From assembly GCA_031409335.1 (NCBI GenBank), contig JANNWY010000203.1:1-36028 (forward strand): a DNA stretch of 36,028 bases, written 5' to 3'. The position numbers were made by a program, and so were the translations under genes. Below the pieces are notes generated by a model. That model did no database searches, had not been told where the DNA came from, and was given only the letters and a program-made list of their open reading frames with translations. How positions within the stretch are numbered: the first letter of the stretch is position 1; every line of letters starts with the position of its first letter. Below, piece after piece: positions 1 through 9,390 of this stretch. This stretch comes from Chthoniobacteraceae bacterium. GTDB lineage: Bacteria > Verrucomicrobiota > Verrucomicrobiia > Chthoniobacterales > Chthoniobacteraceae.

Positions 1-85
1 CGGGCTGAACATCGAACATCGAACGAGCCGGATTCCGACACTTCGATGTTCGATGTTCGACGTTCGACGTTCGATGTTCAGCCCG
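1..85. repeat. Hairpin element of TTCGAYG heptamers inside the dxr reading frame
   Basis: Bases 1-24 pair with 62-85 with one mismatch. Five TTCGAYG units at 42-76; AACATCG units at 8-24. Confidence 0.9.
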
Positions 86-753
86 GCGCAGCCGCCGACG
101 TGCAAAGACTGATCCTCACTGCCAGCGGCGGCCCTTTTCGCACGCTCCCCGCCGATCAACTCGCGAATGTGACGCTCGAGCAGGCGCTGAAACATCCGAC
201 TTGGGAAATGGGCCGCAAGATCACGATCGACTCCGCGACGCTCTTCAACAAAGGGCTGGAGATGATCGAGGCGCGCTGGCTGTTCGACGTGGAGATGCCG
301 CGCGTCGAGGTCATCGTGCATCCGCAGTCGATCGTGCATTCGATGGTGGAATTCATCGACGGCTCCGTGCTCGCGCAGCTTTCGACGACGGACATGTGTT
401 TCCCGATTCAGTACGCCGTGACGTGGCCCGACCGCGTGCCGAATACGCTGAAGCCGCTCGATTTCGCCGCGCTCGCGAAGCTCGAATTCGAGGCCCCGCG
501 CACCGCCGATTTCCCCGCGCTCGATCTCGCGCGCTGGGCCGGCGAGGCGGGCGGCACGCTGCCCGCGGTATTGAACGCCGCGAACGAAATCGCGGTCGCA
601 GCTTTCATGGAACGTCGCATTTCTTTCCCAGCCATCTGGCAAACCGTCGAGCGCACGATGCGCGAACACGCGCCGGATGCGCACCCGGACCTTGCCACCA
701 TCCTGGCTGCGGATTCGTGGGCGCGGGGACACGCGGCGGAGGCTCTCGGCTGA
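1..753 (+). CDS. dxr: 1-deoxy-D-xylulose-5-phosphate reductoisomerase, 5'-truncated by the window edge
   Basis: Frame +1 is open from base 1. Motifs LILTASGGPFR, ALKHPTWEMGRKITIDSATLFNKGLEMIEA, HPQSIVHSMVEF and LNAANEIAV. The dxr...rseP-ispG order is typical. Confidence 0.97.
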   Translation, partial: RAEHRTSNEPDSDTSMFDVRRSTFDVQPGAAADVQRLILTASGGPFRTLPADQLANVTLEQALKHPTWEMGRKITIDSATLFNKGLEMIEARWLFDVEMPRVEVIVHPQSIVHSMVEFIDGSVLAQLSTTDMCFPIQYAVTWPDRVPNTLKPLDFAALAKLEFEAPRTADFPALDLARWAGEAGGTLPAVLNAANEIAVAAFMERRISFPAIWQTVERTMREHAPDAHPDLATILAADSWARGHAAEALG

Positions 754-774
754 ATGGTCTGAGAACCACAGCCG

Positions 775-2535
775 ATGCGCTCGCTCGTTTTTGTCGGAGT
801 GGCTTTTGTCGCCGGGGTCGTCGGCGGCAAATGGATGGTCCGGCCGATGATCGAATCGCCGATGGTGGAGTCTCGTGCGGCGGTGCCCGCGATAGAGGTG
901 AATCCACCAGCAGTTCCGCCTGCGACCACCGTCTCCGCTGCACCGCCAGCGCAGCGTCAGACGATCCATGAGGCACTGAAAGGCGGCGATCCGCTGGCGT
1001 GCGCGGCGCGCGTGCTGGCGTGGCTGGAGACGGCGGATGCGGAAGCGTTTCGGAAGCTCGCGGAGAATCCGGAGAAGTTTCCCAAGCCGCACTTTTCGGG
1101 CTTTGGCCGACCGTTTCAGGACGCCTTTTGCGCGGCGCTCGCCGATCGTTGGCTGGCGCTCGATCCCGACGGCGCGCTGGCCGCGATGCAGCGCGTGGAC
1201 AAGGACGCGCACTTCCCGTTTGGGCCGGGCGGATTGCTTTACTCGCTGGCTTCGCTCCAGCCCGAACTGGTGCTCGAGAAAGTAGCAGAGTCCGGTCGCA
1301 AGAACTTTCTGGAAAGTCACACCAACGAGGCGCTGAAGACGCTCGCGGCCCGCGACCTTAAAGCGGCGCAACGTTTCGCTGAGAAATGGCGGGAGCCGCC
1401 GCTGGATCAGCAGGCGCGCAAAGCCATCATCGACGGCGTCGCAACGACCGATCCGCTCCGGGCGCTGGCGCTGGCTGGGGACAGCAAAGACCCATTCATT
1501 TTCTTCACGATCGTCAACGCCGCGGCGAAGCGCGGGCCGCTCATTTTTCAGCAAGTCGCGCAGGCGGCGGGCGAGCGGCTCGGCTCGTATCCCATCTCGC
1601 CAGATTTCATCCTGCGACATCCCGAGCTGGCGAATCTCCTGCCAAATTTGCCCGCGCCGCCGAATGTCTACGGCGTGAGCCCCGGCGCCCTTGATGCCGC
1701 GGAGCGGATCGCGCCGGAGGAACGCGCTCGATTGCTCGCGGATTACGACGCGCTGCCGCCCGGTCCGCGCGCCGGTACCGCCGCGGCGCTGGCCTGCGTG
1801 TGGGCGCGCACGGAACCGCGCGCGGCGGCGGACTGGGCGCTCGCGCACGCGAAAGCGGACGACGGCGCGCACGCCGAAAACGCGGCGGCGCAGCAGGTCT
1901 TCCTGCGCTGGATCACCAGCGATGCGGACGCCGCGCTGGCGTGGTGGCGCGCAATCCCCGCTTCGCCGCTGCGCGCGGCGCTCGGCACGAATGCGAGCAC
2001 GTATCTCGCGGAGGAAGGGCGGCTCGACGAAGCGCGTGAGATTTTCAAACCAGCAGCAGACGCCACCAAAGACCCGTCGGCCACCGCGCCGGGAGTGATG
2101 AGCATGGGCGGCGGCTCCGGCGATGAGCAGGCCACGGTGCATCTCGGCCAACTGATCGCCGCGCGCGATCCCGCCGCGGCCGGTGCGTGGTTCGCCACGC
2201 TTCCGCCGACCGTCGCGACTTACCAAACGACGCTCGCCTTTCTCCCGAAATGGTACGCGCGCGCGCCGGAGGCCGTGGCGCGCTGGATCGAGACCCTGCC
2301 GGTCGGGATGGGTCGCGATGTGGCGACGCGCACCTTTGTCATGGAAGCGGCGCGGATCAGCCCGGCGGGCGCGGGCGAATGGGTCGCGAAAGTCGCCGAT
2401 CCCGATTTGCGCCAGAGCGCGGCGGCGATGGTTTATTGGGAAATGCGGCGCGACGATCCGGCAGGGGCGATTCGCTGGCTCGTGGAATTGCGCGGCGTGG
2501 ATGACGCGTGGCGCGCAGGAATGTTGCGTCGTTAG
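775..2535 (+). CDS. Hypothetical membrane-anchored or exported protein with W..DP.AA..W...LP helical repeats
   Basis: 586-aa ORF with a hydrophobic N-terminus and recurring WxxxDPxAAxxW motifs. Confidence 0.8.
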   Translation: MRSLVFVGVAFVAGVVGGKWMVRPMIESPMVESRAAVPAIEVNPPAVPPATTVSAAPPAQRQTIHEALKGGDPLACAARVLAWLETADAEAFRKLAENPEKFPKPHFSGFGRPFQDAFCAALADRWLALDPDGALAAMQRVDKDAHFPFGPGGLLYSLASLQPELVLEKVAESGRKNFLESHTNEALKTLAARDLKAAQRFAEKWREPPLDQQARKAIIDGVATTDPLRALALAGDSKDPFIFFTIVNAAAKRGPLIFQQVAQAAGERLGSYPISPDFILRHPELANLLPNLPAPPNVYGVSPGALDAAERIAPEERARLLADYDALPPGPRAGTAAALACVWARTEPRAAADWALAHAKADDGAHAENAAAQQVFLRWITSDADAALAWWRAIPASPLRAALGTNASTYLAEEGRLDEAREIFKPAADATKDPSATAPGVMSMGGGSGDEQATVHLGQLIAARDPAAAGAWFATLPPTVATYQTTLAFLPKWYARAPEAVARWIETLPVGMGRDVATRTFVMEAARISPAGAGEWVAKVADPDLRQSAAAMVYWEMRRDDPAGAIRWLVELRGVDDAWRAGMLRR

Positions 2536-2537
2536 CC

Positions 2538-4184
2538 ATGAATGCGCGCGCGCTTTTCATCGTCGCCGCCGCACTGGCCGGGCTCGCCGTTGGCGCGCGC
2601 TGGAGCAGCGAACGTCCGGCCCCGGCGTCACGAGATGCGGAGGTAAATTCCGCACGTGATTTGCCGGGGAGCGGCGCGAGCGATCCGAACGAGACGGGGC
2701 TCGGCGCGGCGCTCAGCGAGCTTTTGCACGCGAAGAGCAGCCTGCGCGGAATGGCGGAACTCGCCGGGGCGCTAAATCAACTCGACTCGCCGCGCGTCGC
2801 GTTGCTGCTCGATCGACTCGAACGCGCACAGCCTGCCTGGCCCGAGCAATCTGACGAACGCATCGCGTGGCTTTTCAAATGGTGGCTGAAGCGCGATCCG
2901 GCAGCCGCCGGCGAATGGGCGCAGCCGCGCATCGCGGCCCTGGCATTGGAAGGACCGCTTGGCTTTTTCCTCGAACGCTCGGCGCGCGCGCAACTGGTGG
3001 CGGCTTGGGCGCGGGCGAATCCGCAGGCTGCCCTCGATTTCGCGCGCAGCCATCCGCATTCGGGCGCGGCCCGTCTTCTCCTGAAAGAAGTGCGGACGGC
3101 GTGGAGCGACCGGCCCGTGCAGGAAAATCTCGCGATGCTGCTCGATTTCCCCGCGAGCCACGCCCGCGATCTTGCCCTGGAGGAATTGCACAACGGCTGT
3201 GCCGTGCGCGATCCTGCCGCCGCCGTTACCTCCGCGCAGGCGCTGCCGCCGGGTCCAGTGCGCGCGAAGGCTTCCGCGGAAGTGCTTTTGCAGTGGGCGG
3301 ACAAGGATGCCGCGGCCGCTTTCGCGCGCTACCGCGCGCTCGGGCTCACCGACTCCGTGCTGCTCTCCAAGCTGCTCGAAAAGCGCGCCGCGAAAGATCC
3401 CGCGCAAGCGATCGAATGGCTGCAACAGCTCGATCCCGCGCAGATCGCGCGAGCAGCGCCGAAGATCGTCAATGCGTGGGTCCGGCGCGATGCCGCGGCG
3501 GCGCTCGGTTGGGCTTTGGAGAATGGAATCCGGCTCTCGGCGGGCGAGGAGATGTTTTTTGAACTCAAGCATGACGGCTTCCGACGTTCGTCGTCGATGG
3601 GCGGTGGAAGTGTCTCGCCGCTCGCCACGGCGCTCGAGGCGCAGCCCGAAGCCACGCTGCGCTGGCTGCAAGCCCTTCCCGCTGGCGCGGAGCGCGATCG
3701 CGTTTTTGAACTGGCGGCGACCGCTGCCAAGAAACCCGACCAGGCGCTCTCCGCTTTCGCCGGGCTGACATCGGAAGCACAGGCGCGCGTCGCCGCCACC
3801 GTCGCGCGTCTTTTTGAAAAGGAACCCGCGCGCGGCCAGCAGTGGGCGTCCAGCCTGCCCGGCGGCCCGGCGCGCCTCGCCGCGTGGACGGGAATCGGCG
3901 CACTCTCCGACGCGGACATCGAGCTACCGCCCGGACTGGATCGCGATGCCTATATCGCCGGGACGTTAAACCGAAACGGTTTGGCGACGCCACTCGCCGG
4001 GAGATTTGCAACGGTATTGAAGATTCAAGATCCGGCGATGCGCCGCGCCAGCTTCGATGGGGTGATGGAGCGATACTCTTATCGGAAAGATTCTGCCGAA
4101 CAGACCCGCGAAGCCCTGAACGCCGTCAGCGTTCCCGAAGCATGGAAGCAGCGCTGGCGGGATCAGTTTGAGAAAACTCGCTAG
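2538..4184 (+). CDS. Probable paralog of the upstream W..DP.AA..W repeat protein
   Basis: ATG at 2538, 2 nt after the previous stop. Hydrophobic N-terminus. Repeats WLKRDPAAAGEW, WARANPQAA, WADKDAAAA, KDPAQAIEW. Confidence 0.8.
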   Translation: MNARALFIVAAALAGLAVGARWSSERPAPASRDAEVNSARDLPGSGASDPNETGLGAALSELLHAKSSLRGMAELAGALNQLDSPRVALLLDRLERAQPAWPEQSDERIAWLFKWWLKRDPAAAGEWAQPRIAALALEGPLGFFLERSARAQLVAAWARANPQAALDFARSHPHSGAARLLLKEVRTAWSDRPVQENLAMLLDFPASHARDLALEELHNGCAVRDPAAAVTSAQALPPGPVRAKASAEVLLQWADKDAAAAFARYRALGLTDSVLLSKLLEKRAAKDPAQAIEWLQQLDPAQIARAAPKIVNAWVRRDAAAALGWALENGIRLSAGEEMFFELKHDGFRRSSSMGGGSVSPLATALEAQPEATLRWLQALPAGAERDRVFELAATAAKKPDQALSAFAGLTSEAQARVAATVARLFEKEPARGQQWASSLPGGPARLAAWTGIGALSDADIELPPGLDRDAYIAGTLNRNGLATPLAGRFATVLKIQDPAMRRASFDGVMERYSYRKDSAEQTREALNAVSVPEAWKQRWRDQFEKTR

Positions 4185-4299
4185 CGCCGGGCGCAATCCA
4201 AAGCCCAAACGCGCTGGTTGCGCACCCCGACCTTGCCGCTATCTTCGTTGCCCATTCCTGGGCGCGGCGACGCGCGGCGGAGTTGGTTTAATCACATTT

Positions 4300-5949
4300 A
4301 TGCTGCTCTCCATCCTCAAGTTTCTCTTCATCGCGGTCGAAGTGGTGCTGATTTTCAATCTGCTCATCTTCGTCCACGAACTCGGCCACTTTCTCGCCGC
4401 GAAATGGCGCGGGCTGTATGTCGAGGAGTTCGCGCTATGGTTTGGCAAGCCGCTTTGGCGCAAGAAAATCGGCGGCGTCTGGTACGCGCTCAACAGCATC
4501 CCGGCGGGCGGCTACGTGAAGCTGCCGCAGATGGCGCCGATGGAGGCGCTCGAAGGCAGCAGCGAACTGCCGCCCGAGGCGCTCAAGCCGATCTCGCCGC
4601 TCGACAAAATCATCGTCGCGTTCGCGGGGCCGCTGTTCAGTTTCGGGCTGGCGTGCTTCTTCGCGCTCGTCGTCTGGGCGGTCGGCCGGCCAGTGGGTGA
4701 GGCGGAGGCGACGACCATGATCGGCTATGTCGCGGAAGATTCGCCGGGGGCGAAAGCGGGGTTGCGTCCGGGAGATAAGTTGCTCGAAGTCGATGGGCGT
4801 CCGGTGTCGCGGTTTGGCGGCATGGGGAATGACAGCATCACGTGGCGCATCGTGCGCAGCGAAGGCGCGACGATTCCGCTGCGGTTTGAGCGCGATGGAA
4901 AGATCGAAGTGGCGGAGGCGACTCCCGTGATTCCCGAGACGAAATTTTACAGCCGCAAAGGCCTGCGGCAGCTCCAGATCGGACCAGCGGATACGCCCGT
5001 CATCGGCAAGGTCGAAGCCGGCACACCGGCCGAAGCTGCGAAGCTGGAGGCGAAGGATGCGATCCTCGCCGTCAATGGCGTGCGCATCTTTCACCCAGCG
5101 GGTCTGATGGACTACATCGGCGATCATCCCGGCGAGCCGCTCCGGCTGACGATCGAGCGCGCGGGCAAGACGTTTGAATCCTCGCCGCTGACCTCAAAAG
5201 CGGCAGTGATCCAGGAAGTCATCAAGGGCGGACCCGCCGCTGCCGCCGGACTGCTGGCCGGTGATCGCGTGACGACTTTCAATTCCCAACCCGTCGTCTC
5301 CGCCGCGAAGCTCAGCGACGCCGTTCGCGATGGCAAGGGCGCGCCGGTTGCCCTGACGATCATCCGCAAGGGGGCCACGCAAGCCATCACGCTCACGCCC
5401 GTTTTCGAGGAAACCGAGCAACGTTCGATGATCGGTGTGAGCTGGGCGGATGATCTCGGTTTTGCGCTCGCGGATCGCGGACGCATGAAAATCGTTCACA
5501 CCAACCCCGTCGAGCAGGTCCACAAAGCGGCGATGTCGATCGTCGATACGGTCGGTGCCATCGCCTCGAAGAGTAGCGTGAAGATTCAACACATGGGCGG
5601 GCCGGTGATGATGATGCGCGTCTATTACGGCTTCTTTCAAATGGACTTTGCCGATGGCTGGCGGCTCGCGTTCTGGTTCAGCGTCGTGCTGAATGTGAAC
5701 CTCGCGATGCTCAACATGCTGCCGCTTCCCGTGCTCGACGGCGGCCATATCACCCTCGCCATCGTGGAAAGCATTCGCCGCAAGCCGATCAACGTGCGCT
5801 TTCTCGAATTCGTCCAGACTGGCTGCGCGGTATTCATCATCGGCTTCATGCTCTACATTTTCTTTTTCGATGTGTCGGACTTGTTCGGTGGTGGCGATGC
5901 GAAGCGGAAATTCCGCGCCGCGCCGACGCCTGCGGAGACCGCGAAGTGA
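4300..5949 (+). CDS. rseP: RIP metalloprotease RseP (M50) with about 3 PDZ domains
   Basis: FVHELGHF zinc motif, IPAGGYVKL, AGPLFS, LNMLPLPVLDGGH, and three PDZ-like SPG/TPA/GPA...GL..GD segments. Start taken at ATG 4300. Confidence 0.95.
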   Translation: MLLSILKFLFIAVEVVLIFNLLIFVHELGHFLAAKWRGLYVEEFALWFGKPLWRKKIGGVWYALNSIPAGGYVKLPQMAPMEALEGSSELPPEALKPISPLDKIIVAFAGPLFSFGLACFFALVVWAVGRPVGEAEATTMIGYVAEDSPGAKAGLRPGDKLLEVDGRPVSRFGGMGNDSITWRIVRSEGATIPLRFERDGKIEVAEATPVIPETKFYSRKGLRQLQIGPADTPVIGKVEAGTPAEAAKLEAKDAILAVNGVRIFHPAGLMDYIGDHPGEPLRLTIERAGKTFESSPLTSKAAVIQEVIKGGPAAAAGLLAGDRVTTFNSQPVVSAAKLSDAVRDGKGAPVALTIIRKGATQAITLTPVFEETEQRSMIGVSWADDLGFALADRGRMKIVHTNPVEQVHKAAMSIVDTVGAIASKSSVKIQHMGGPVMMMRVYYGFFQMDFADGWRLAFWFSVVLNVNLAMLNMLPLPVLDGGHITLAIVESIRRKPINVRFLEFVQTGCAVFIIGFMLYIFFFDVSDLFGGGDAKRKFRAAPTPAETAK

Positions 5950-5989
5950 GAGCTTTTCCCTCGCACGGGATGATCGCTATCCTGGCGGC

Positions 5990-7828
5990 ATGACCTACTG
6001 CGCATCGCCCTACCGCTATCAGCGCCGTCTCGCGCGCGTGGTGAATGTCGGCCCGGTCGCCATTGGCGGCGCGAATCCGATCCGCGTGCAGTCGATGATC
6101 ACATGCGACACGATGGACACGGCGGCGAGCATTCAGCAGACGCTCGATCTCGCGGCGGTCGGTTGCGAAATCGTGCGCATCACCGCGCCGACGGTGAAAG
6201 ACGCGGCGAACTTGCAACACATCGTCGCCGGCCTGCGCGAGCGCGGATGCGATGTGCCGATCGTCGCGGACATTCATTTTAAGCCGGAGGCCGCGATGGA
6301 GGCGGCGAAGTGGGTGGAGAAAGTGCGGATCAATCCCGGCAACTACGCCGACTCGAAGAAATTCAAGATCGTCGAATACACCGACGAGCAGTACGCCGCC
6401 GAGCTGGAGCGCATCCGCGAACGCTTCACGCCGCTCGTGGTTTTCTGCAAGGAACACGGACGCGCCATGCGCATCGGCACGAACCACGGCTCGCTCTCCG
6501 ACCGCATCATGAACCGCTTCGGCGACACGCCAAACGGCATGGTGGAAAGCGCGCTGGAATTCGCCCGCATCGCGCGCGAACTCGGCTATCACGACTTCAT
6601 GTTCTCGATGAAATCGAGCAACCCGAAGGTGATGATCGAGGCGTATCGGCTGCTCGTTGCGAGGCTGGAGGAATTGCGGATTGCGGATTGCGGATCGCGG
6701 ATTGAAAGCAGCGCCAAGAACTCGTGGGCTTATCCAATTCATCTCGGCGTGACCGAAGCTGGCGACGGCGAAGACGGGCGCATCAAATCGGCGATCGGGA
6801 TTGGGTCGCTGCTCAATGACGGCATCGGTGACACCATCCGCGTCTCGCTCACCGAGGACAGCGTGCATGAGATTCCGGTGGCGCAGGCGCTGGTGGATTG
6901 CGGATTGCGGATTGCGGATTGCGGATTGGAGACAGCGAACGCGCCAACTAGCTACGACCCTTTCACCTACGAGCGCCGCGCGACCACCCGCCTCGAACGG
7001 CCGTCCGCCATCCCCGGCCACGCACCCGTCGCGTTCGGCGGCGGGGAATTGGTGCGCGTCGTCGTCCGTCAGGACACCTTCGATATGATCGCGCACAAGG
7101 TGAAGTCGATGGGCGACTACCAGCCGGAAATCATTTTCGAGGAAGCCCGCGTCGTCGAACTCGACCCGCGCGACACCGACCTCGTGCGTGCCGAAAACGC
7201 CCGCCCGGAGCCGACGCTCTTTTCCGTGCGCGACGGCATCGACATGCCGGTGATCGCCGCCTTCCGCCTGCTCGCCGCGCAACTCGATGCGCGCCATCCC
7301 ATCCTGCTGAAAGACACGTTGGGAGATTGCGGATTGGGAAACAACGCCGCCCCCAATCCGCAATTCCTCCCCACCCTCCTCACCGCCGCCACGAACATCG
7401 GCGCGCTGCTCTGCGACGGCATCGGCGACGCCATTCTGATCCAGGGTGAAGAAGCGCCCGGCCAGTCGCTGCGCCTCGCCTACAACACGCTCCAAGCCGC
7501 CGGCTCGCGCATTTTCAAGACCGACTACGTGGCGTGCCCGAGCTGCGGCCGCACGCTTTTCAACCTGCAAACCACGACCGCCAAAATCAAAGCCGCGACC
7601 GCGCATTTGAAAGGCGTGAAGATTGCGATCATGGGCTGCATCGTAAATGGACCGGGCGAAATGGCGGACGCGGATTTCGGGTATGTCGGCGGCGCGCCGG
7701 GCAAGGTGAACCTCTACGTCGGCAAGACCGCGGTGAAATTCAACATTCCGGAGACGGAAGCGGTGGATCGGCTCCAGGACTTGATCCGCGAGCATGGCAA
7801 GTGGGTGGAGCCGCCTGTCGCGGCGTAG
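5990..7828 (+). CDS. ispG: HMBPP synthase IspG, long (three-domain) type
   Basis: PIRVQSM, PIVADIHF, RINPGN, RIGTNHGSLS, YPIHLGVTEAG, GIGDTIRVSLT, CPSCGR, MGCIVNGPGE. Confidence 0.97.
   Translation: MTYCASPYRYQRRLARVVNVGPVAIGGANPIRVQSMITCDTMDTAASIQQTLDLAAVGCEIVRITAPTVKDAANLQHIVAGLRERGCDVPIVADIHFKPEAAMEAAKWVEKVRINPGNYADSKKFKIVEYTDEQYAAELERIRERFTPLVVFCKEHGRAMRIGTNHGSLSDRIMNRFGDTPNGMVESALEFARIARELGYHDFMFSMKSSNPKVMIEAYRLLVARLEELRIADCGSRIESSAKNSWAYPIHLGVTEAGDGEDGRIKSAIGIGSLLNDGIGDTIRVSLTEDSVHEIPVAQALVDCGLRIADCGLETANAPTSYDPFTYERRATTRLERPSAIPGHAPVAFGGGELVRVVVRQDTFDMIAHKVKSMGDYQPEIIFEEARVVELDPRDTDLVRAENARPEPTLFSVRDGIDMPVIAAFRLLAAQLDARHPILLKDTLGDCGLGNNAAPNPQFLPTLLTAATNIGALLCDGIGDAILIQGEEAPGQSLRLAYNTLQAAGSRIFKTDYVACPSCGRTLFNLQTTTAKIKAATAHLKGVKIAIMGCIVNGPGEMADADFGYVGGAPGKVNLYVGKTAVKFNIPETEAVDRLQDLIREHGKWVEPPVAA
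6673..6704 (+). repeat. (ATTGCGG)n tandem heptamer inside ispG
   Basis: ATTGCGG x3, then ATCGCGG and ATTG. Encodes LRIADCGSRI. Confidence 0.9.
6897..6929 (+). repeat. (ATTGCGG)n tandem heptamer inside ispG
   Basis: Four perfect ATTGCGG units, then ATTGG. Encodes DCGLRIADCGL. Confidence 0.9.
7326..7364. repeat. ATTGCGG-family hairpin inside ispG
   Basis: ATTGCGGATTGGG (7326-7338) and CCCAATCCGCAAT (7352-7364) form a perfect 13-bp inverted repeat. Encodes DCGLGNNAAPNPQ. Confidence 0.85.
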
Positions 7829-7942
7829 CTGGGCCACTCACTTGGGTGTGATGAATTGTGGTGCAGGAACGACAGGTGCAGCCACGGGCATTCACTGGGG
7901 CGGTGTCCCATAGGCGCTAACTTAGCGCATGGATTCTCTGCC

Positions 7943-8170
7943 GTCCCGGAGGGACACTGGAAATTAGCCGGTGGTGTAGCGAGTCTGCGAGCGGCAACAC
8001 CGGACAGCATCCACCCATACGGCGACGTCCCGGAGGGACGCTGGAACGGCGCGCGGCACCGGAAGTCCATCGCCCCTGCCGGGGCGGGGTCGCATTTTAC
8101 TCCGAGATCCGGTGGTTCCCGCTCGCGGACTCGCTCCACCACCGGCTAATTTCCATCAGCCCTCCGAGCT
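7943..8170. repeat. MITE/REP-like nested palindromic element
   Basis: Imperfect inverted repeat of about 47 bp (7958-8004 / 8108-8155). Direct repeat GTCCCGGAGGGACRCTGGAA at 7943 and 8027. Small hairpin CGCCCC-TGCC-GGGGCG at 8071-8086. Confidence 0.8.
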
Positions 8171-8321
8171 ATAGCCCGATTGCCACAGTCCCATTCAGTT
8201 GGCGCTTATGAGGCGGTGTCCACGGTGGATCGGTCGCGCGTGGCGCTCCCGTGCAGGTTTCATCACTTTCGCGGGACTCAATGGGTTGCCGTCCGCACCG
8301 GAGCCCTCTAGCTTCCGCGCG

Positions 8322-8864
8322 ATGACATCCGAGATCGATCCGAACCAAACGATGCGCGAACTGCTCGCGCTGTATCCCGGCGCGCAGCGGGCGCTGTTTC
8401 GCAAGTACCACATCGGCGGATGTTCGAGCTGCGGGTTCGATCCAGGCGAGACGCTGGCGCAAGTCTGCGCGCGGAATGAAAACGTGCCCGTGGATGAGGC
8501 TGTGGAATATCTTGCGGCAAGCCAGGAGGAGGATTTGAAATCGCAGATCGCGCCCGCGGAACTCGCGGCAGCTTTGAGCGTGGACAAAAACGCGAAGGTC
8601 GTGGACATCCGCACGCGCGAGGAATTCGACGCGGTCCACATCACGGGCTCGATTTTCTTTTCGCAGGAGATGATGCAGGAAATCCTCGGCTCGTGGGATC
8701 GGAGCGCGCTGCTCGTGATCGCGGATCATCAAGGCGCGAGGAGCATGGATGCGGCGGCTTATTTCGCCGGGCACGGGTTTACAAATGTGATGTCACTGCG
8801 CGGCGGCATCGACGCGTGGAGCTGCGAGGTCGATCCGAATTTGCCGCGCTACGAACTCGAATAA
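8322..8864 (+). CDS. CxxC (DUF1858-like) domain fused to a rhodanese-like domain
   Basis: N-terminal LALYPGA...YHIGGCSSCGF. C-terminal VVDIRTREEF, HITGS, SLRGGIDAW. Confidence 0.85.
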   Translation: MTSEIDPNQTMRELLALYPGAQRALFRKYHIGGCSSCGFDPGETLAQVCARNENVPVDEAVEYLAASQEEDLKSQIAPAELAAALSVDKNAKVVDIRTREEFDAVHITGSIFFSQEMMQEILGSWDRSALLVIADHQGARSMDAAAYFAGHGFTNVMSLRGGIDAWSCEVDPNLPRYELE

Positions 8865-8867
8865 ACC

Positions 8868-9341
8868 ATGAGCGACGACCTTCAGCAGCGCATCCAAAGC
8901 GCCATCGCAAACCCGAAGAATCTTGGCGAGATGACCGATGCAGATTCTGTGGGGACGGTCGGCAGTCCCGATTGCGGGGATATGCTGCGGATGTGGGTGA
9001 AGTTTAAGGACGAAGGCGGGCGGAAGGTGATCGATCGGGCGACGTTTCAGACGTTTGGCTGCGAGACGGCGATCGCGGTGGCGAGTGTGGCGACGGAGCT
9101 GATCGCGGGGAAGACGGTGGAGGAGGCGCTTTCGATGTCGGGCGGCGATCTTTCGGCACCGCTGGGGGCGTTGCCGCCGATGAAGATCCACTGCGCGCAG
9201 CTCGTGGAGGGGGCGCTGCGGAGTGCGCTGACGGGCGTGGAAGCTCCGGCGGCGCAGAAGGTGGCGGGGGCTTCTTCGCTGATCGATAGTTTGCACGCCG
9301 CGCCGCCTGAGAAGAAGGTGAGCATCGTTTTTAAGAAATGA
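8868..9341 (+). CDS. iscU: IscU/NifU-N type Fe-S scaffold protein
   Basis: GTVGSPDCGD, FQTFGC, LPPMKIHC. Confidence 0.88.
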   Translation: MSDDLQQRIQSAIANPKNLGEMTDADSVGTVGSPDCGDMLRMWVKFKDEGGRKVIDRATFQTFGCETAIAVASVATELIAGKTVEEALSMSGGDLSAPLGALPPMKIHCAQLVEGALRSALTGVEAPAAQKVAGASSLIDSLHAAPPEKKVSIVFKK

Positions 9342-9390
9342 CCGCCCCGTTTCATCCAGGTGCGAATGGCGTTTCGGGGCTTCGTTTCTT

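Noticed and set aside
46..48. ATG at 46 as the dxr start
   Set aside because: It lies within the heptamer repeat, the frame is open upstream, and the N-terminal NADPH-binding domain is missing.
5846..7837. Long antisense ORFs (663 aa opposite ispG; also 28336-30696, 12374-13795, 25781-27115)
   Set aside because: They are shadows of well-supported genes in GC-rich DNA and carry no motifs of their own.
7856..8149. 97-aa ORF, and similar ORFs at 9352-9606, 19675-19950 and 20790-20984
   Set aside because: These are translations of palindromic repeat elements.
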